A stretch of 64,000 nt of DNA from Atopobium sp. (lineage in GTDB: Bacteria > Actinomycetota > Coriobacteriia > Coriobacteriales > Atopobiaceae). The position numbers and the translations under genes are program-made. The notes below the pieces were generated by a model. That model saw only the letters and a list, made by a program, of their open reading frames with translations, made no database searches and was not told the origin of the DNA. The stretch lies in assembly GCA_015258835.1 (NCBI GenBank), contig JABZHN010000002.1, positions 16,624 through 80,623 on the forward strand, given 5' to 3'. Below are positions 38,781 through 50,496 of this stretch, one piece after another (positions within the stretch are counted from its first letter, which is position 1; the number at the start of each line of letters is the position of its first letter).

Positions 38781-39407
38781 ATGTCCAAGTATGAGATTAA
38801 GAACGTAGAGGGAAAGAAGGTCGGCGACGCCGAGCTCTCCTCTGACGTCTATGGCATTGAGCCAAACATCCCTGTTGTGCACCAGGTTGTAGTCTGCCAG
38901 GACGCATCCGCACGTCAGGGTACCCACTCTACAAAGAACCGTCACGAGGTATCCGGCGGTGGCGTTAAGCCTTACCGTCAGAAGGGTACTGGTCGTGCTC
39001 GCCAGGGTTCTATTCGTGCTGGTCAGTGGACTGGTGGTGGCGTCATCTTTGGACCTACCCCTCGTTCCCATGCACGTCGTATTAACAACAAGATGGTCAA
39101 GCTTGCTATGAGGTCCGTCCTCTCCGGCAAGGTTGCAGACTCCGAGCTTGTCCTCGTTGACTCTCTCGAGTTTGCTCAGCCTTCCACCAAGCAGGCAAAG
39201 GCTGCACTTCAGAACCTCGGTATTGAGGGTAAGCGCGTTACCGTCATCGTCCCAGACGACGACGTCAACACCTACCTCTCTTTCCGTAACCTTCCTAAGG
39301 TTTCAATCTTCGGCGTTTCTGAGGTTACTACTCGTTTCCTGATCGACAACGGCGCACTTGTTATGTCCGCTGATGTCGCTAAGCAGCTTGGGGAGGTGCT
39401 CGCATAA
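38781..39407 (+). CDS. rplD: 50S ribosomal protein L4
   Basis: …KPYRQKGTGRARQGSIRAGQWTGGG…. Confidence 0.95.
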   Translation: MSKYEIKNVEGKKVGDAELSSDVYGIEPNIPVVHQVVVCQDASARQGTHSTKNRHEVSGGGVKPYRQKGTGRARQGSIRAGQWTGGGVIFGPTPRSHARRINNKMVKLAMRSVLSGKVADSELVLVDSLEFAQPSTKQAKAALQNLGIEGKRVTVIVPDDDVNTYLSFRNLPKVSIFGVSEVTTRFLIDNGALVMSADVAKQLGEVLA

Positions 39408-39706
39408 TGAACTCTCCTTATGAGGTCATCATTCGTCCTATCGTTTCAGAGCGTGCTTTCGATCTGATGGAGCAGGGCAAGTACACTTTTGAGGTTGCTC
39501 GTAACGCAGGTAAAGAAGAGATTGCTGCAGCTGTAGAGAAGCTCTTCTCTGTACACGTCACCAAGGTAAACACACTTTCTGTTAAGCCAAAGAACAAGCG
39601 TGTACGTTATCAGCAGGCAGGCAAGACCCGCCAGTGGAAGAAGGCTATTGTTACCCTCGCTGCTGGTGAGACTATCGAGATCTTCGGTAATAACTCTGCT
39701 GAGTAA
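39407..39706 (+). CDS. rplW: 50S ribosomal protein L23
   Basis: 99 aa, with conserved position and sequence. Confidence 0.9.
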   Translation: MNSPYEVIIRPIVSERAFDLMEQGKYTFEVARNAGKEEIAAAVEKLFSVHVTKVNTLSVKPKNKRVRYQQAGKTRQWKKAIVTLAAGETIEIFGNNSAE

Positions 39707-39844
39707 GGTTTTTCTCCCGTGCCTCTTTTGAGGTACGGGTTCGTATGCCGCGCATAGTAGATACGCGCGGTACCGTGGTAATCCGGTGTTAGCTCGACTT
39801 TCCCTTAAGCGGGCTAGCCAACGGAGAAGAAAGGGATACTGTTT

Positions 39845-40681
39845 ATGGCAGTTAGGCATCTAAAGCCAACAAGCGCAGGCAGGCGCTTCCAGACAATCTC
39901 AGACTTTGCTGAGATTACAACTGATAAGCCCGAGAAGTCCCTTCTCGAGCCTCTGCCAAAGAAGGCTGGCCGCAACAACAATGGCCGCATCACTACCCGT
40001 CACCAGGGTGGTGGCCACAAGCGCCAGTACCGTCGTATCGACTTCAAGCGTCGCAAGGATGACATCCCAGCTAAGGTCGCTACTGTTGAGTACGATCCTA
40101 ACCGTTCCGCTCGTATTGCTCTTCTGCACTATGCAGACGGCGCAAAGGCATACATCCTTTGCCCAGAGGGCCTGAGCGTCGGTGACACCGTTCTTTCTGG
40201 TACCAAGGACATCGACATCAAGCCTGGTAACTGCACCACTCTTGAGCAGATTCCAGTAGGTACTCTTGTTCACGCAGTTGAGTTCCAGCCTGGCAAGGGT
40301 GCTGCAATGGCACGTGCTGCTGGTACTTCCGTCCAGCTCATGGGTAAGGACAACGGCTATGCAGTTCTGCGTATGCCTTCCTCCGAGCTCCGTCGTGTTC
40401 TTCTGACCTGCCGTGCAACCATCGGCGAGGTTGGTAACGCTGAGCACTCCAACATTGTTGTTGGTAAGGCTGGTCGTTCCCGTTGGGCAGGCGTCCGTCC
40501 TACCGTCCGTGGTACTGTTATGAACCCTGTTGACCACCCACACGGCGGTGGTGAAGGTAAGAACCACACTTCTGGTCGTCCTTCCGTCACCCCATGGGGT
40601 AAGCCAACCAAGGGTTATAAGACCCGCGACCCGAAGAAGGCTTCTAACCGCCTGATCATTCGCCGTCGTAAGTCCAAGTAA
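39845..40681 (+). CDS. rplB: 50S ribosomal protein L2
   Basis: …HPHGGGEGK…[13 protein letters not shown]…. Confidence 0.95.
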   Translation: MAVRHLKPTSAGRRFQTISDFAEITTDKPEKSLLEPLPKKAGRNNNGRITTRHQGGGHKRQYRRIDFKRRKDDIPAKVATVEYDPNRSARIALLHYADGAKAYILCPEGLSVGDTVLSGTKDIDIKPGNCTTLEQIPVGTLVHAVEFQPGKGAAMARAAGTSVQLMGKDNGYAVLRMPSSELRRVLLTCRATIGEVGNAEHSNIVVGKAGRSRWAGVRPTVRGTVMNPVDHPHGGGEGKNHTSGRPSVTPWGKPTKGYKTRDPKKASNRLIIRRRKSK

Positions 40682-40702
40682 GACACGAGTAGGAGTAGAT
40701 AA

Positions 40703-40963
40703 ATGAGCAGAAGTCTCAAAAAAGGCCCCTTTGTGGAGACTCGCCTCCTTGCGCGTGTCGCTGCAATGAACGAGGCTGGCAAGAAGGACGTTATCAAGAC
40801 CTGGTCACGTTCCTCAACCATCTTCCCTGAGATGGTCGGTCACACCATCGCTGTTCACGATGGTCGTAAGCATGTACCTGTGTACGTCACCGAGTCCATG
40901 GTTGGTCACAAGTTGGGCGAGTTCTCCCCATCCCGTACCTTCCGCGGTCACAAGGCCAAATAG
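40703..40963 (+). CDS. rpsS: 30S ribosomal protein S19
   Basis: [11 protein letters not shown]…. Confidence 0.95.
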   Translation: MSRSLKKGPFVETRLLARVAAMNEAGKKDVIKTWSRSSTIFPEMVGHTIAVHDGRKHVPVYVTESMVGHKLGEFSPSRTFRGHKAK

Positions 40964-40977
40964 GGGGAGTGTAGTAA

Positions 40978-41340
40978 ATGGCTAAGAACACCGATTCTAT
41001 TGAGGTTCGCGCAACAGCTAAGTATGTTCGCGTTGCTCCTCGTAAGGCTCGCGCAGTTGTCGCGCTTGTCCGCGGTAAGTCTGTCGAGAAGGCCCTTGAG
41101 GTTCTTCAGTTCTCGACTCGCGCTGCCGCTACTGATGTTGCTAAGGTTCTGCGCTCTGCAGTTGCTAACGCCGAGAACAACAATGGTCTCCGTGCTAACA
41201 ACCTGGTAGTCAAGACCGCTTTTGTTGACGAAGGCCCAACGCTTAAGCGTATTCGCCCTCGTGCAAAGGGTTCGGCTTCCCGCATTAACAAGCGCATGAG
41301 CCACATTACCGTTGTCGTTGCACCTCGAAAGGAGGCGTAG
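40978..41340 (+). CDS. rplV: 50S ribosomal protein L22
   Basis: Conserved sequence and position. Confidence 0.9.
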   Translation: MAKNTDSIEVRATAKYVRVAPRKARAVVALVRGKSVEKALEVLQFSTRAAATDVAKVLRSAVANAENNNGLRANNLVVKTAFVDEGPTLKRIRPRAKGSASRINKRMSHITVVVAPRKEA

Positions 41341-41342
41341 GA

Positions 41343-42053
41343 ATGGGTCAGAAAGTACAGCCTACAGGCTTCCGTCTTGGTGTAACCGAGAGCTGGCGTT
41401 CTCGTTGGTACGCCGATAAGGACTACGCCGAGCAGCTCGGCAACGATCTTGCTATCCGCAAGTATCTTGAGAAGCGCCTTGAGAAGGCAGCCGTTGCTCG
41501 CATTGACATCGAGCGTGCTGGCGATAAGGTCAAGGTAACTATTTTCTCCGCACGTCCTGGTATTGTCATTGGCAAGAAGGGTGCAGAGATTGACGGCCTC
41601 CGTGCAGATCTTGAGCGTGTTGCTAAGGTCGGCAAGGGTCAGGTCAACGTTGATGTTGTCGAGGTTAAGCGTCCTGAGCTTGACGCAAACCTTGTTGCTC
41701 AGTCCATCGCAGAGCAGCTTGAGCAGCGTGTCGCTTTCCGTCGCGCTATGCGTAAGGCTGTTCAGTCCGCTCGTAAGGCTGGCGCTAAGGGTATTCGTAT
41801 CCAGTGCTCCGGTCGTCTGAACGGTGCTGAGATGGGCCGCCGTGAGTGGTACCGTGAGGGTCGCGTGCCTCTGCACACCCTTCGTGCTGCAATCGGCTAT
41901 GGTACCGCTACAGGTCGCACCACCATGGGCGCTGTTGGTATCAAGGTTTGGATTTATTACGGCGAGAAGATGCCTGGACAGCCAACACCTAACCCAGCTC
42001 TTGAGGGCTCCGCTCGTCCTCGTCGTGCTCGCAATGAGAGGAGGGGCCGTTAA
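41343..42053 (+). CDS. rpsC: 30S ribosomal protein S3
   Basis: [14 protein letters not shown]… KH domain. Confidence 0.95.
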   Translation: MGQKVQPTGFRLGVTESWRSRWYADKDYAEQLGNDLAIRKYLEKRLEKAAVARIDIERAGDKVKVTIFSARPGIVIGKKGAEIDGLRADLERVAKVGKGQVNVDVVEVKRPELDANLVAQSIAEQLEQRVAFRRAMRKAVQSARKAGAKGIRIQCSGRLNGAEMGRREWYREGRVPLHTLRAAIGYGTATGRTTMGAVGIKVWIYYGEKMPGQPTPNPALEGSARPRRARNERRGR

Positions 42054-42478
42054 TGCTTGCTCCAAAGCGTGTATTGCACCGTAAGGTACAGCGCGGTTCC
42101 ATGAAGGGCCAGGCAAAGGGTAATACCCAGCTGCATTTTGGTTCCTGGGGCATCCGTGCAGAGGAGGCTCACTGGATTACTAACCGCCAGATTGAGGCTG
42201 CTCGTATTGCTCTCACCCGTGAGATGAAGCGTGGCGGTAAGGTTTGGATTACTATCTTCCCAGATAAGCCAATCACCAAGAAGCCTGCAGAGACTCGCAT
42301 GGGTTCCGGTAAGGGTAACCCAGAAGAGTGGGTAGCAGTTGTTAAGCCTGGTCGTATCATGTTCGAGATTGATGGCGTACCAGAGGAAGTTGCTCGTGAG
42401 GCTCTCCGTCTTGCTCAGCACAAGCTTCCAATCAAGACCAAGATTGTCTCCAAGGCCGATCAGGACGGTGAGAACTAA
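42053..42478 (+). CDS. rplP: 50S ribosomal protein L16
   Basis: [19 protein letters not shown]…. Confidence 0.95.
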   Translation: MLAPKRVLHRKVQRGSMKGQAKGNTQLHFGSWGIRAEEAHWITNRQIEAARIALTREMKRGGKVWITIFPDKPITKKPAETRMGSGKGNPEEWVAVVKPGRIMFEIDGVPEEVAREALRLAQHKLPIKTKIVSKADQDGEN

Positions 42479-42693
42479 TGAAGTACACCGAAATCAAGGC
42501 TATGAGCGATGCAGACCTCGCTAAGAAACTCGAGGAAGGCCGCGCAGAGCTCTTTAATCTTCGTTTCCAGATGGCAACTAGCCAGCTGGACAACACCGCT
42601 CGCGTCAAGGCAGTTAAGCGCGACATTGCTCGCGTTCAGACCGAGATGCGCACCCGTCAAATTGCTGCGGAAGCATCCGCAGAGCAGAACTAG
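42478..42693 (+). CDS. rpmC: 50S ribosomal protein L29
   Basis: 71 aa, with conserved position. Confidence 0.85.
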   Translation: MKYTEIKAMSDADLAKKLEEGRAELFNLRFQMATSQLDNTARVKAVKRDIARVQTEMRTRQIAAEASAEQN

Positions 42694-42710
42694 ATCGCAG
42701 GAGATAAGTT

Positions 42711-42977
42711 ATGGCAGAGACCGAAAGCAGAAATGCGCGTAAGGTTCGTACCGGACTCGTTGTCTCCATCTCTGGCGACAAGACGATTACGGTAGAGATT
42801 ACGTACCGTAAGCACCACCCTAAGTATGGCAAGATGATGACCATCGGCAAGAAGCTTCACGTTCACGATGAGAACAACGAGGCTGGTCTGGGCGATACCG
42901 TCCGTGTCATGGAGACTCGTCCTCTTTCCAAGACCAAGCGTTGGCGTCTCGCAGAGATCGTTGAGCGCGCTAAGTAA
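42711..42977 (+). CDS. rpsQ: 30S ribosomal protein S17
   Basis: …[21 protein letters not shown]…. Confidence 0.9.
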   Translation: MAETESRNARKVRTGLVVSISGDKTITVEITYRKHHPKYGKMMTIGKKLHVHDENNEAGLGDTVRVMETRPLSKTKRWRLAEIVERAK

Positions 42978-43087
42978 TTAGCACCTAGGAAACAGCTTTT
43001 AGCTCAACCTAGTTTTGTATCTATCATTATTTCTCATGTGCGCAAATACGTGCACCTCTGAGAAATTAGGTTCCGGAGGAACGTCAT

Positions 43088-43456
43088 ATGATTCAGATGG
43101 AGACCATTCTCAACGTCGCTGACAACAGCGGCGCAAGGCGCGTAAAGTGCGTCAAGGTCCTTGGTGGCTCCAAGCGTCGTTACGCCGGCCTTGCCGACGT
43201 CATCATTGGCGCTGTCCAGGAGGCTACTCCAGGTGGTTCGGTGAAGAAGGGCGATATTGTTCGCTGCGTCATCGTTCGTACCGCTAAGGACACCCGTCGC
43301 AAGGACGGTAGCTACATCCGCTTTGACCAGAACGCATGCGTTCTTGTTAACAAAGAGGGTGAGCCCAAGGGTACTCGTATCTTTGGACCAGTCGCTCGCG
43401 AGCTGCGCGACCACAAGTACATGAAGATTGTCTCACTTGCACCTGAGACCCTTTAA
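43088..43456 (+). CDS. rplN: 50S ribosomal protein L14
   Basis: [19 protein letters not shown]…. Confidence 0.95.
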   Translation: MIQMETILNVADNSGARRVKCVKVLGGSKRRYAGLADVIIGAVQEATPGGSVKKGDIVRCVIVRTAKDTRRKDGSYIRFDQNACVLVNKEGEPKGTRIFGPVARELRDHKYMKIVSLAPETL

Positions 43457-43467
43457 GGAGGAACGAC

Positions 43468-43785
43468 ATGCCTAAGATGAAGATCAAGAAGGGCGACAAG
43501 GTCGAGGTCCTCACTGGTAAGGACAAGGGTAAGCGCGGCGAGGTACTTCGCGTATATCCAGAGAAGAACAAGGTTGTCGTTGAGGGCGTTGCAATTGCAA
43601 AGCGCCATGTCAAGCCAAACGCAGCTAACCAGCAGGGTGGCATCGTTGAGGCAGAGGCAGCAATCGACGCTTCCAATGTTGCTCTTATCGACCCTAAGAC
43701 CGACAAGCCAACCCGTGTTGGCTACCTGATCAAGGAGGACGGTACTAAGGTCCGCGTCTCCAAGAAGTCAGGCGCTGAGCTCTAA
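43468..43785 (+). CDS. rplX: 50S ribosomal protein L24
   Basis: KOW motif …[20 protein letters not shown]…. Confidence 0.9.
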   Translation: MPKMKIKKGDKVEVLTGKDKGKRGEVLRVYPEKNKVVVEGVAIAKRHVKPNAANQQGGIVEAEAAIDASNVALIDPKTDKPTRVGYLIKEDGTKVRVSKKSGAEL

Positions 43786-43830
43786 GTTATACGTGTTTCT
43801 CGCTTTGTAGAAACATCTCAGAGCTACTTC

Positions 43831-43868
43831 AAACCCCGTTATCATCAGATAGCGGGGTTTTCTTTTTG
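43831..43868 (+). terminator. Terminator-like hairpin between rplX and rplE
   Basis: AAACCCCG-ttatcatcagata-GCGGGGTTT followed by TCTTTTT. An unusual 300-bp gap follows, containing three CTCGCC-type motif fragments. Confidence 0.55.
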
Positions 43869-44087
43869 GGCGAGAAGTGCGGTGTTGTGTAAGTCGTGTG
43901 ATGACATGAAAAAATATCAGCTAGCTTGAAATTCTCGCCCCATTTTTGCTCAATAAGGTCTAATATTGTTCATTGCGTCTTTCTATGGGACACGTATGTC
44001 TCGAGGATGCAGATGGCTCCTAGTTCGCCAAACTAGGAGGTGCGAGGCGATCCCCGCACTTAAAACCCCAAGAGTTAAGGAGAAACC

Positions 44088-44648
44088 ATGGCAGACGAGA
44101 AGTACACACCTCGCCTTAAAGAGCTTTACTACGCATCTGTGCGTGATGCTCTGAAGGAGAAATTTGGTTACACCAACGTTAACCAGATTCCTAAGTTTGA
44201 GAAGATCGTTGTCAACATGGGTGTTGGCGAGGCAGCTACAGACGCTAAGGCAATTGACGGCGCTGTAAACGACCTCCGTACCATTACTGGTCAGCAGCCA
44301 CTCGTTACACACGCTCGCAAGTCTATCGCAACCTTTAAGCTTCGCCAGGGTATGCCAATCGGCGCTAAAGTTACCCTTCGTGGCGATCGTATGTGGGAGT
44401 TCCTGGATCGTCTGATCGCAGTTGCAATTCCTCGTATCCGCGACTTCCGTGGTATTTCTGCTAAGAGCTTCGATGGCCGTGGTAACTTCTCTATGGGCGT
44501 AACCGAGCAGCTCATCTTCCCAGAGATTGACTTTGACAAGATGGACCACACCCGCGGTATGGACATCACCATTGTCACCACTGCTAACACCAACGAGGAG
44601 GGTAAGGCACTTCTTGACGCCTTCCACTTCCCATTCAAGCAGGACTAA
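44088..44648 (+). CDS. rplE: 50S ribosomal protein L5
   Basis: Conserved sequence. Confidence 0.95.
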   Translation: MADEKYTPRLKELYYASVRDALKEKFGYTNVNQIPKFEKIVVNMGVGEAATDAKAIDGAVNDLRTITGQQPLVTHARKSIATFKLRQGMPIGAKVTLRGDRMWEFLDRLIAVAIPRIRDFRGISAKSFDGRGNFSMGVTEQLIFPEIDFDKMDHTRGMDITIVTTANTNEEGKALLDAFHFPFKQD

Positions 44649-44772
44649 CTTTTACCTGCGCTTAAATTAAGCGCATTCCTGTTGGCATCTTCGATGCCGG
44701 GTGACATAGTCACCAGCACTATTGTTTGAAGTCATCTTGGCGTTCGCCAAGTTGCATTTTGAAGGAGGATTT

Positions 44773-44958
44773 GTGGCTAAGACTTCGATGATCGTCAAAG
44801 CCTCGCGTGAGCCGAAGTACTCTACGCGCACACAGAACCGTTGCCAGCGTTGTGGACGTCCCCACTCCGTTTACCGCAAGTTTGGTCTGTGCCGTGTGTG
44901 CTTCCGTGAGCTAGCGAGCAAGGGCGAGCTTCCTGGTGTCCGCAAGGCAAGCTGGTAG
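44773..44958 (+). CDS. rpsZ: 30S ribosomal protein S14 type Z (zinc-binding, 61 aa)
   Basis: Start at GTG 44773 ((M)AKTSMIVKA…) with GGAGGA upstream and a CxxC…CxxC zinc ribbon. ORF 44722 is an upstream extension. Confidence 0.85.
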   Translation: MAKTSMIVKASREPKYSTRTQNRCQRCGRPHSVYRKFGLCRVCFRELASKGELPGVRKASW

Positions 44959-45047
44959 GACTCAGGGCTCTGGCGTCAAGGCATCTGCGCCACGGGTGTA
45001 GATGAACCAGACACGCAGTTTCATCATTAACGAAGGAGAAGGATCAA

Positions 45048-45446
45048 ATGAAAATTACCGATCCCATTTCAGACATGCTGACGCGTATTCGTAACGCAAA
45101 CTCAGCTGGCAAGGATTCCGTATCCATGCCATCGAGCAAGGTGCTCGTTGAGATTGCTCGCGTCATCACCGAAGAGGGCTATGTCGAGGGTTACACCGTT
45201 GAGGATACTAAGCCTCAGAAGACTCTTCACATCACCCTTAAGTATGGTAAGAAGCGCGCTAAGGTTATCCGCGGCATCCGTCGCATTTCTAAGCCTGGTC
45301 TGCGCATTTACTCCACCGCTGAGAAGCTTCCACGCGTTCTTGGTGGTCTTGGTACTGCAGTGGTTTCCACTTCTAAGGGCATGATGTGCGACCGCGACGC
45401 TCGTAAGAACGGCGTTGGCGGCGAGGTCATCGCTTACGTTTGGTAA
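45048..45446 (+). CDS. rpsH: 30S ribosomal protein S8
   Basis: [17 protein letters not shown]…. Confidence 0.95.
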   Translation: MKITDPISDMLTRIRNANSAGKDSVSMPSSKVLVEIARVITEEGYVEGYTVEDTKPQKTLHITLKYGKKRAKVIRGIRRISKPGLRIYSTAEKLPRVLGGLGTAVVSTSKGMMCDRDARKNGVGGEVIAYVW

Positions 45447-45473
45447 ATCTGACAGGAATGAAAGGAGACAGCC

Positions 45474-46010
45474 GTGTCTCGTATTGGTAAGAAGCCTGTC
45501 CAGATTCCTGCTGGAGTCACTGTGACAGTTGATAACACCACCGTTACCGTTAAGGGTTCTAAGGGCGAGCTGACTCGTACTTTCTCTGAGCTGGTTGCTA
45601 TCGCTCAGGAGGGCGAGGAGATTCTTGTTACTCGCGTTGACGAGTCCACTGAGTCCAATGCTCAGCAGGGTCTTGTCCGTACCCTTATCCACAACATGGT
45701 TGTTGGTGTCTCTGAGGGCTTCGAGAAGAAGCTCGAGCTCACCGGCGTTGGTTACCGTGTAGCACTTAAGGGCAAGGATCTTGACCTTTCCCTTGGTTAT
45801 TCTCACCCAGTTCTCTATGTTGCACCTGAGGGCATTAGCTTTGAGGTACCTGATAACACTCACCTTACTGTTAAGGGTATTTCTAAGGAGAAGGTCGGCC
45901 AGGTTGCAGCTGAGATTCGTATGAAGCGTCCACCAGAGCCTTACAAGGGCAAGGGCATTCACTACGAAGGTGAGCACATCCGCAGGAAGCTCGGTAAGGC
46001 TGCTAAGTAA
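45474..46010 (+). CDS. rplF: 50S ribosomal protein L6
   Basis: MSRIGKKPVQIPAGV…. Confidence 0.95.
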   Translation: MSRIGKKPVQIPAGVTVTVDNTTVTVKGSKGELTRTFSELVAIAQEGEEILVTRVDESTESNAQQGLVRTLIHNMVVGVSEGFEKKLELTGVGYRVALKGKDLDLSLGYSHPVLYVAPEGISFEVPDNTHLTVKGISKEKVGQVAAEIRMKRPPEPYKGKGIHYEGEHIRRKLGKAAK

Positions 46011-46078
46011 AGCAACCCTACTTTTAGGCTAAAAGACCATCACCCCGTTAGGTGATGGCATGTCTCTAAGGAGAAGGA

Positions 46079-46447
46079 ATGAACAAGCAGCAGGCGAAAA
46101 AGGCGGGTCTTGAACGCCGCAAGCGCCGCGTACGTGCCAAGGTCTTTGGTACACCTGAGCGTCCGCGTCTTGCAGTTCACCGCACAAACGCAAACATTTA
46201 TGCACAGCTTATTGACGACGCTTCTGGAAGAACTCTCTGCTCTGCCTCTACGCTTGACCCAGAGTTCCGTTCTACTGGCAAGGTTGGCTCCAACAAGGAG
46301 GCAGCTGAGTTCGTAGGTGAGCTTATCGGTAAGCGCGCTGCCGAGAAGAACGTCACTGAGGTCACTTTTGACCGTGGTGGCCGTCTCTATCACGGCCGCG
46401 TCAAGGCTTTGGCAGATGGCGCCCGCAACGCGGGCCTGAAGTTCTAG
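46079..46447 (+). CDS. rplR: 50S ribosomal protein L18
   Basis: Conserved sequence and position. Confidence 0.9.
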   Translation: MNKQQAKKAGLERRKRRVRAKVFGTPERPRLAVHRTNANIYAQLIDDASGRTLCSASTLDPEFRSTGKVGSNKEAAEFVGELIGKRAAEKNVTEVTFDRGGRLYHGRVKALADGARNAGLKF

Positions 46448-46456
46448 GAGGATTCA

Positions 46457-46978
46457 ATGGCACGTGATCGTAAGCGCCAGCAGGATACGGATCTTCAGGA
46501 GCGCGTCGTTTATATTCACCGCGTTTCCAAGACCGTCAAGGGTGGCCGCCGTATGTCACTCGTTGCTCTGGTAGTCGTTGGCGACGGTAAGGGTAACGTT
46601 GGTATTGGCCAGGGTCGTTCCGCTGAGGTACCTCTGGCAATTCAGAAGGGCGTCGAGGACGCAAAGAGGAACATGTTCAAGGTCCCACTGACCGAGACTG
46701 GTTCCGTACCACACGCAGTCACTGGTCACTACGGTGCAGGTTCTGTTCTTATTAAGCCTGCATTCGAGGGTACTGGTGTTATTGCTGGTGGTCCTATTCG
46801 TCCACTCTTCGAGCTTGCAGGTATCACCAATGTACTTTCTAAGTCCCTTGGTACCGACAACGCTCTGAACATGATTAAGGCAGCAGCTGAGGGTCTGAAG
46901 GAGCTTTCCAGCCCAGAAGAAGCAGCTGAGCGTCGTGGCCTAACCGTCGGCGATATGTTCGTCGGAAAGGAGAACTAA
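46457..46978 (+). CDS. rpsE: 30S ribosomal protein S5
   Basis: …[23 protein letters not shown]…. Confidence 0.95.
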   Translation: MARDRKRQQDTDLQERVVYIHRVSKTVKGGRRMSLVALVVVGDGKGNVGIGQGRSAEVPLAIQKGVEDAKRNMFKVPLTETGSVPHAVTGHYGAGSVLIKPAFEGTGVIAGGPIRPLFELAGITNVLSKSLGTDNALNMIKAAAEGLKELSSPEEAAERRGLTVGDMFVGKEN

Positions 46979-46980
46979 CG

Positions 46981-47166
46981 ATGGCTAAGAACCTTAGCAT
47001 CAAGCTTGTCCGTGGCGCCGTTGCAGGCGTCAAGAAGGACCAGACTGCTACGGTGAAGGCCCTCGGCCTCCACAAGATCGGCGATACCGTCGAGCAGCCT
47101 GACAACCCAAGCATTCGTGGAATGATCTTCAAGGTTAAGCACCTTGTCGAGGTTGAAGAGAACTAG
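46981..47166 (+). CDS. rpmD: 50S ribosomal protein L30
   Basis: 61 aa, with conserved position. Confidence 0.85.
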   Translation: MAKNLSIKLVRGAVAGVKKDQTATVKALGLHKIGDTVEQPDNPSIRGMIFKVKHLVEVEEN

Positions 47167-47177
47167 AGGTAGTAATA

Positions 47178-47624
47178 ATGCAGCTCAATGATCTTCGCCC
47201 CGCAGTGGGTTCGCGCAAAAATCGTAAGCGCGTAGGTCGCGGTAATTCTTCAGGCAATGGTACTTTTGCCGGCCGCGGTATGAATGGTCAGCTCTCCCGC
47301 TCTGGTGGCGGTAAGGGCGCTGGCTTCGAGGGTGGACAGCAGCCACTGGCTATGCGTCTTCCTAAGCTTCCTGGTTTCACTAACCACAACCGTGTTGAGT
47401 ACGCTCCAGTCAACGTTGCTCGTCTGAATGCACTCTTTGCAGACGGCGAGACCGTAGACGCAGAGGCTCTGGTTGCTAAGGGAGTTATCAAGTACAACTT
47501 CATCCCAGTCAAGGTTCTGGGTGATGGCGAGCTTTCTAAGAAGCTCACTGTTAAGGTCGACAAGGTTTCCGCCTCCGCAAAGGCTAAGATCGAGGCGGCC
47601 GGTGGAAAGGTTGAGGCCGAGTAG
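47178..47624 (+). CDS. rplO: 50S ribosomal protein L15
   Basis: Gly/Arg-rich N-terminus, with conserved position. Confidence 0.9.
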   Translation: MQLNDLRPAVGSRKNRKRVGRGNSSGNGTFAGRGMNGQLSRSGGGKGAGFEGGQQPLAMRLPKLPGFTNHNRVEYAPVNVARLNALFADGETVDAEALVAKGVIKYNFIPVKVLGDGELSKKLTVKVDKVSASAKAKIEAAGGKVEAE

Positions 47625-48904
47625 TGAGTAAAGGAATCGCCAACGCATTTCGTGTTCCGGAACTAAGGGGAAAGATTCTCCTTACGGTACTGATTCTTCT
47701 TCTGTACCGTTTTGGTGCGTATCTTCCTGTGCCCGGTGCTCCATTCCAGCAGATGCTTTCTGTTTATCAGAATGGTCTTTCTAAGAATGGCGCAATGGCC
47801 GTGCTTAACCTATTTTCGGGTGGCGCTCTTTCTCGCATGTCTGTTTTCAGTCTGGGCATCATGCCTTACATTACGGCTCAGATCATCTTCCAGATGATGC
47901 AGTCCGTTATTCCATCTCTTGGCGAGCTTGCTAAAGATGGTGAGAGCGGCCAGCGTAAGATTACGCAGTACACGCGTTATCTTACGGTTGGCCTAGCTCT
48001 GCTCAATGCAGTTGGTTACCTGTTCTTGTTTAAGAGCTATGGTGTATCTTTTGCATCTATGGAGGGCGTGCCTGAGGCACTTGAAAACTTCCTGGTAGTC
48101 TTTACTATGCTAGTTGGTGCCATCATTATTATGTGGCTCGGTGAGGTTATTACCCAGCAGGGTGTTGGCAACGGAATGAGTCTTATCATCTTTGCAAACA
48201 TCATGGCTGGACTTCCAACAGCCCTTATTTCTTCAGTAGCTACTCGTGGAAACATTGTTCTTACCGTTGTTACTGTTGTGGTTATGCTCGCTATTATTCC
48301 GCTCATTGTTTACATTGAGCGTGGTCAGCGTCGTATTCCTATCAACTATGCCAAGCGCGTTGTTGGTCGTCGTATGATGGGTGGTCAGTCAACGTACCTT
48401 CCAATTAAGGTAAACACTGCAGGCGTTGTACCAATCATCTTTGCATCTGCAATCCTGTATCTTCCTGCTCAGGTTGCTGTGTTCTTCCCAGGAGTAGAGT
48501 GGATTCAAAATCTTGCTACTTCACTTTCTTCTGGATGGGTTAACTGGGTTCTCTCAGTTATGTTCATTGTCTTCTTTGCATACTTCTACACCTCAATGGT
48601 GTTCAATCCAGAGGAGACAGCAGACCAGCTTAAGAAGCAGGGTGGCTTTATTCCTGGTGTTCGTCCAGGTACTGCTACTTCAACGTATATCAAGACTGTT
48701 ATTGACAGAGTTACCCTTCCCGGTGCTATCTTTATGGCAGTTCTTGCAATCGTCCCAACCATTATTTTCTGGTTCACAGGCGATTCGTTGATACAGGCGT
48801 TTGGTGGAACTTCCGTCCTGATTATGGTCGGTGTTGCAATGGATACACTCTCTTCCATTGAGTCCCACCTTAAGATGCACAACTATGAGGGCTTCTTTAA
48901 GTAG
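47624..48904 (+). CDS. secY: Preprotein translocase subunit SecY
   Basis: GTG start overlapping the rplO stop by 1 nt. 10-TM SecY pattern. Confidence 0.9.
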   Translation: MSKGIANAFRVPELRGKILLTVLILLLYRFGAYLPVPGAPFQQMLSVYQNGLSKNGAMAVLNLFSGGALSRMSVFSLGIMPYITAQIIFQMMQSVIPSLGELAKDGESGQRKITQYTRYLTVGLALLNAVGYLFLFKSYGVSFASMEGVPEALENFLVVFTMLVGAIIIMWLGEVITQQGVGNGMSLIIFANIMAGLPTALISSVATRGNIVLTVVTVVVMLAIIPLIVYIERGQRRIPINYAKRVVGRRMMGGQSTYLPIKVNTAGVVPIIFASAILYLPAQVAVFFPGVEWIQNLATSLSSGWVNWVLSVMFIVFFAYFYTSMVFNPEETADQLKKQGGFIPGVRPGTATSTYIKTVIDRVTLPGAIFMAVLAIVPTIIFWFTGDSLIQAFGGTSVLIMVGVAMDTLSSIESHLKMHNYEGFFK

Positions 48905-48923
48905 TTCTTAATACGTAGCATAA

Positions 48924-48951
48924 AGGGGCCTGGAAACAGGCCCCTTTTATT
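48924..48951 (+). terminator. Rho-independent terminator after secY
   Basis: GGGGCCTG-gaaa-CAGGCCCC followed by TTTTATTATTT. Confidence 0.75.
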
Positions 48952-48971
48952 ATTTGAAAGGAAGGCGAAGC

Positions 48972-49598
48972 ATGAACATTGTTCTTCTCGGCGCACCTGG
49001 CGCTGGCAAGGGTACACAGGCTCAGAAGCTCGTTGCAGAGTATGGACTTGCTCACATCTCAACCGGTGACCTTCTTCGTGCTGCTGTTAAAGCTCAGTCT
49101 GAGCTTGGCGTTAAGGCTAAAGAGTATATGGATGCTGGTCAGCTTGTTCCAGATCAGCTTGTAATTGACCTGGTAAAAGAGCGCCTTTCTGCAGACGATG
49201 CAAAGGCTGGTTTTATTCTTGATGGCTTCCCACGCAACACCGCTCAGGCAGTAACCCTTGATTCTGAGCTTCAGAATATGGGCCTCAAGCTTGATGCAGC
49301 TCTGCTTGTTGCTGTTGAGCCAGAGGTTATTGTTGAGCGTCTTTCTTCTCGCCGTACGTGCAAAGAGTGTGGTTATACTGCACCTGCTGGTACAGAGACT
49401 TGCCCAAATTGTTCTGGTGAGATGTATCAGCGTGATGACGATAAGCCAGAGACAATTCGTAAGCGTCTTGATGTATACGAGAACCAGACTTCTCCTTTGA
49501 TTGAGTACTACAAGGGTCATGGAATTCTGAAGGAGGTCAACGGAGATCGTCCTGTTGACGATGTATTCGCCGACGTAAAGACACTCCTCGCACTATGA
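48972..49598 (+). CDS. adk: Adenylate kinase (zinc-lid type)
   Basis: Start MNIVLLGAPGAGKGTQA… at the internal ATG with an RBS. LID CxxC…CxxC present. Confidence 0.9.
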   Translation: MNIVLLGAPGAGKGTQAQKLVAEYGLAHISTGDLLRAAVKAQSELGVKAKEYMDAGQLVPDQLVIDLVKERLSADDAKAGFILDGFPRNTAQAVTLDSELQNMGLKLDAALLVAVEPEVIVERLSSRRTCKECGYTAPAGTETCPNCSGEMYQRDDDKPETIRKRLDVYENQTSPLIEYYKGHGILKEVNGDRPVDDVFADVKTLLAL

Positions 49599-50383
49599 TT
49601 ACGATAAAAACACCTGAACAAATCGAGGCAATGAAGGTGTCGGGCACCCTTTCTAAGGCAGCTCTTCGTCGTGCTGGATCCATGATTAGACCTGGTGTTT
49701 CAACGCTCGAGATTGACCGCGCTGTTGAAGCTTTTATTAGACTTCATGGCGGAACCCCTACCTTTAAGGGCTACGGTGGATTCCCTGGATCTGTTTGCTC
49801 TTCTATTAACGAGCAGATTGTTCACGGTATTCCATCAGCTAACGTCATTTTGCAAGATGGCGATATTCTGACCATTGACACGGGCGCTACTGTTAACGGT
49901 TGGGCAGGAGATAACGCTTGGACGTTCTACTGCGGAACAGTTGACGAGAAAACCCAGGCACTTTGTGAGGTTACCCGCGATTGTCTTAAGGCAGGTATTG
50001 CAGCTGCTGTTCCTGGTGCTCGCCTTGGCGACGTCGGCCATGCAGTTCAGAAACTTGCTGAGGATAACGGCTATGGCGTCATTCGTGATTTTGTTGGCCA
50101 TGGTATTGGCCGCAATCTTCACGAAGACCCCGAGGTCAGAAACTACGGTCGTGCAGGCAACGGTATTGTTCTTCGTGAGGGAATGGTAATTGCAATTGAG
50201 CCTATGATTGCTATGGGTACCTACGATTGCACCGTTCTTGAAAATGGTTGGACCGTTGTTACAGATGATGGCCTGCCATCAGCACATTATGAGAACACGG
50301 TTGCTATTACTGCCGATGGTCCCGTTATCGTTTCAGAAGATGAAGTTGGTCCATGGTGCGAGATGCAAGGCGGTCTTGAGTAA
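49595..50383 (+). CDS. map: Methionine aminopeptidase type I
   Basis: Pita-bread metal ligands (D…D…H…E…E) in conserved context. It overlaps the adk stop. Confidence 0.9.
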   Translation: MITIKTPEQIEAMKVSGTLSKAALRRAGSMIRPGVSTLEIDRAVEAFIRLHGGTPTFKGYGGFPGSVCSSINEQIVHGIPSANVILQDGDILTIDTGATVNGWAGDNAWTFYCGTVDEKTQALCEVTRDCLKAGIAAAVPGARLGDVGHAVQKLAEDNGYGVIRDFVGHGIGRNLHEDPEVRNYGRAGNGIVLREGMVIAIEPMIAMGTYDCTVLENGWTVVTDDGLPSAHYENTVAITADGPVIVSEDEVGPWCEMQGGLE

Positions 50384-50496
50384 CACATACATTGTTCTTC
50401 TCGCTGTCTAATTGTGTTGAAAAAATAAGTGATAGACGAGTGGCACATTTTTATGTATTATTGATAACCGCTGTCGATGTGTCGAGAGGATGAAAG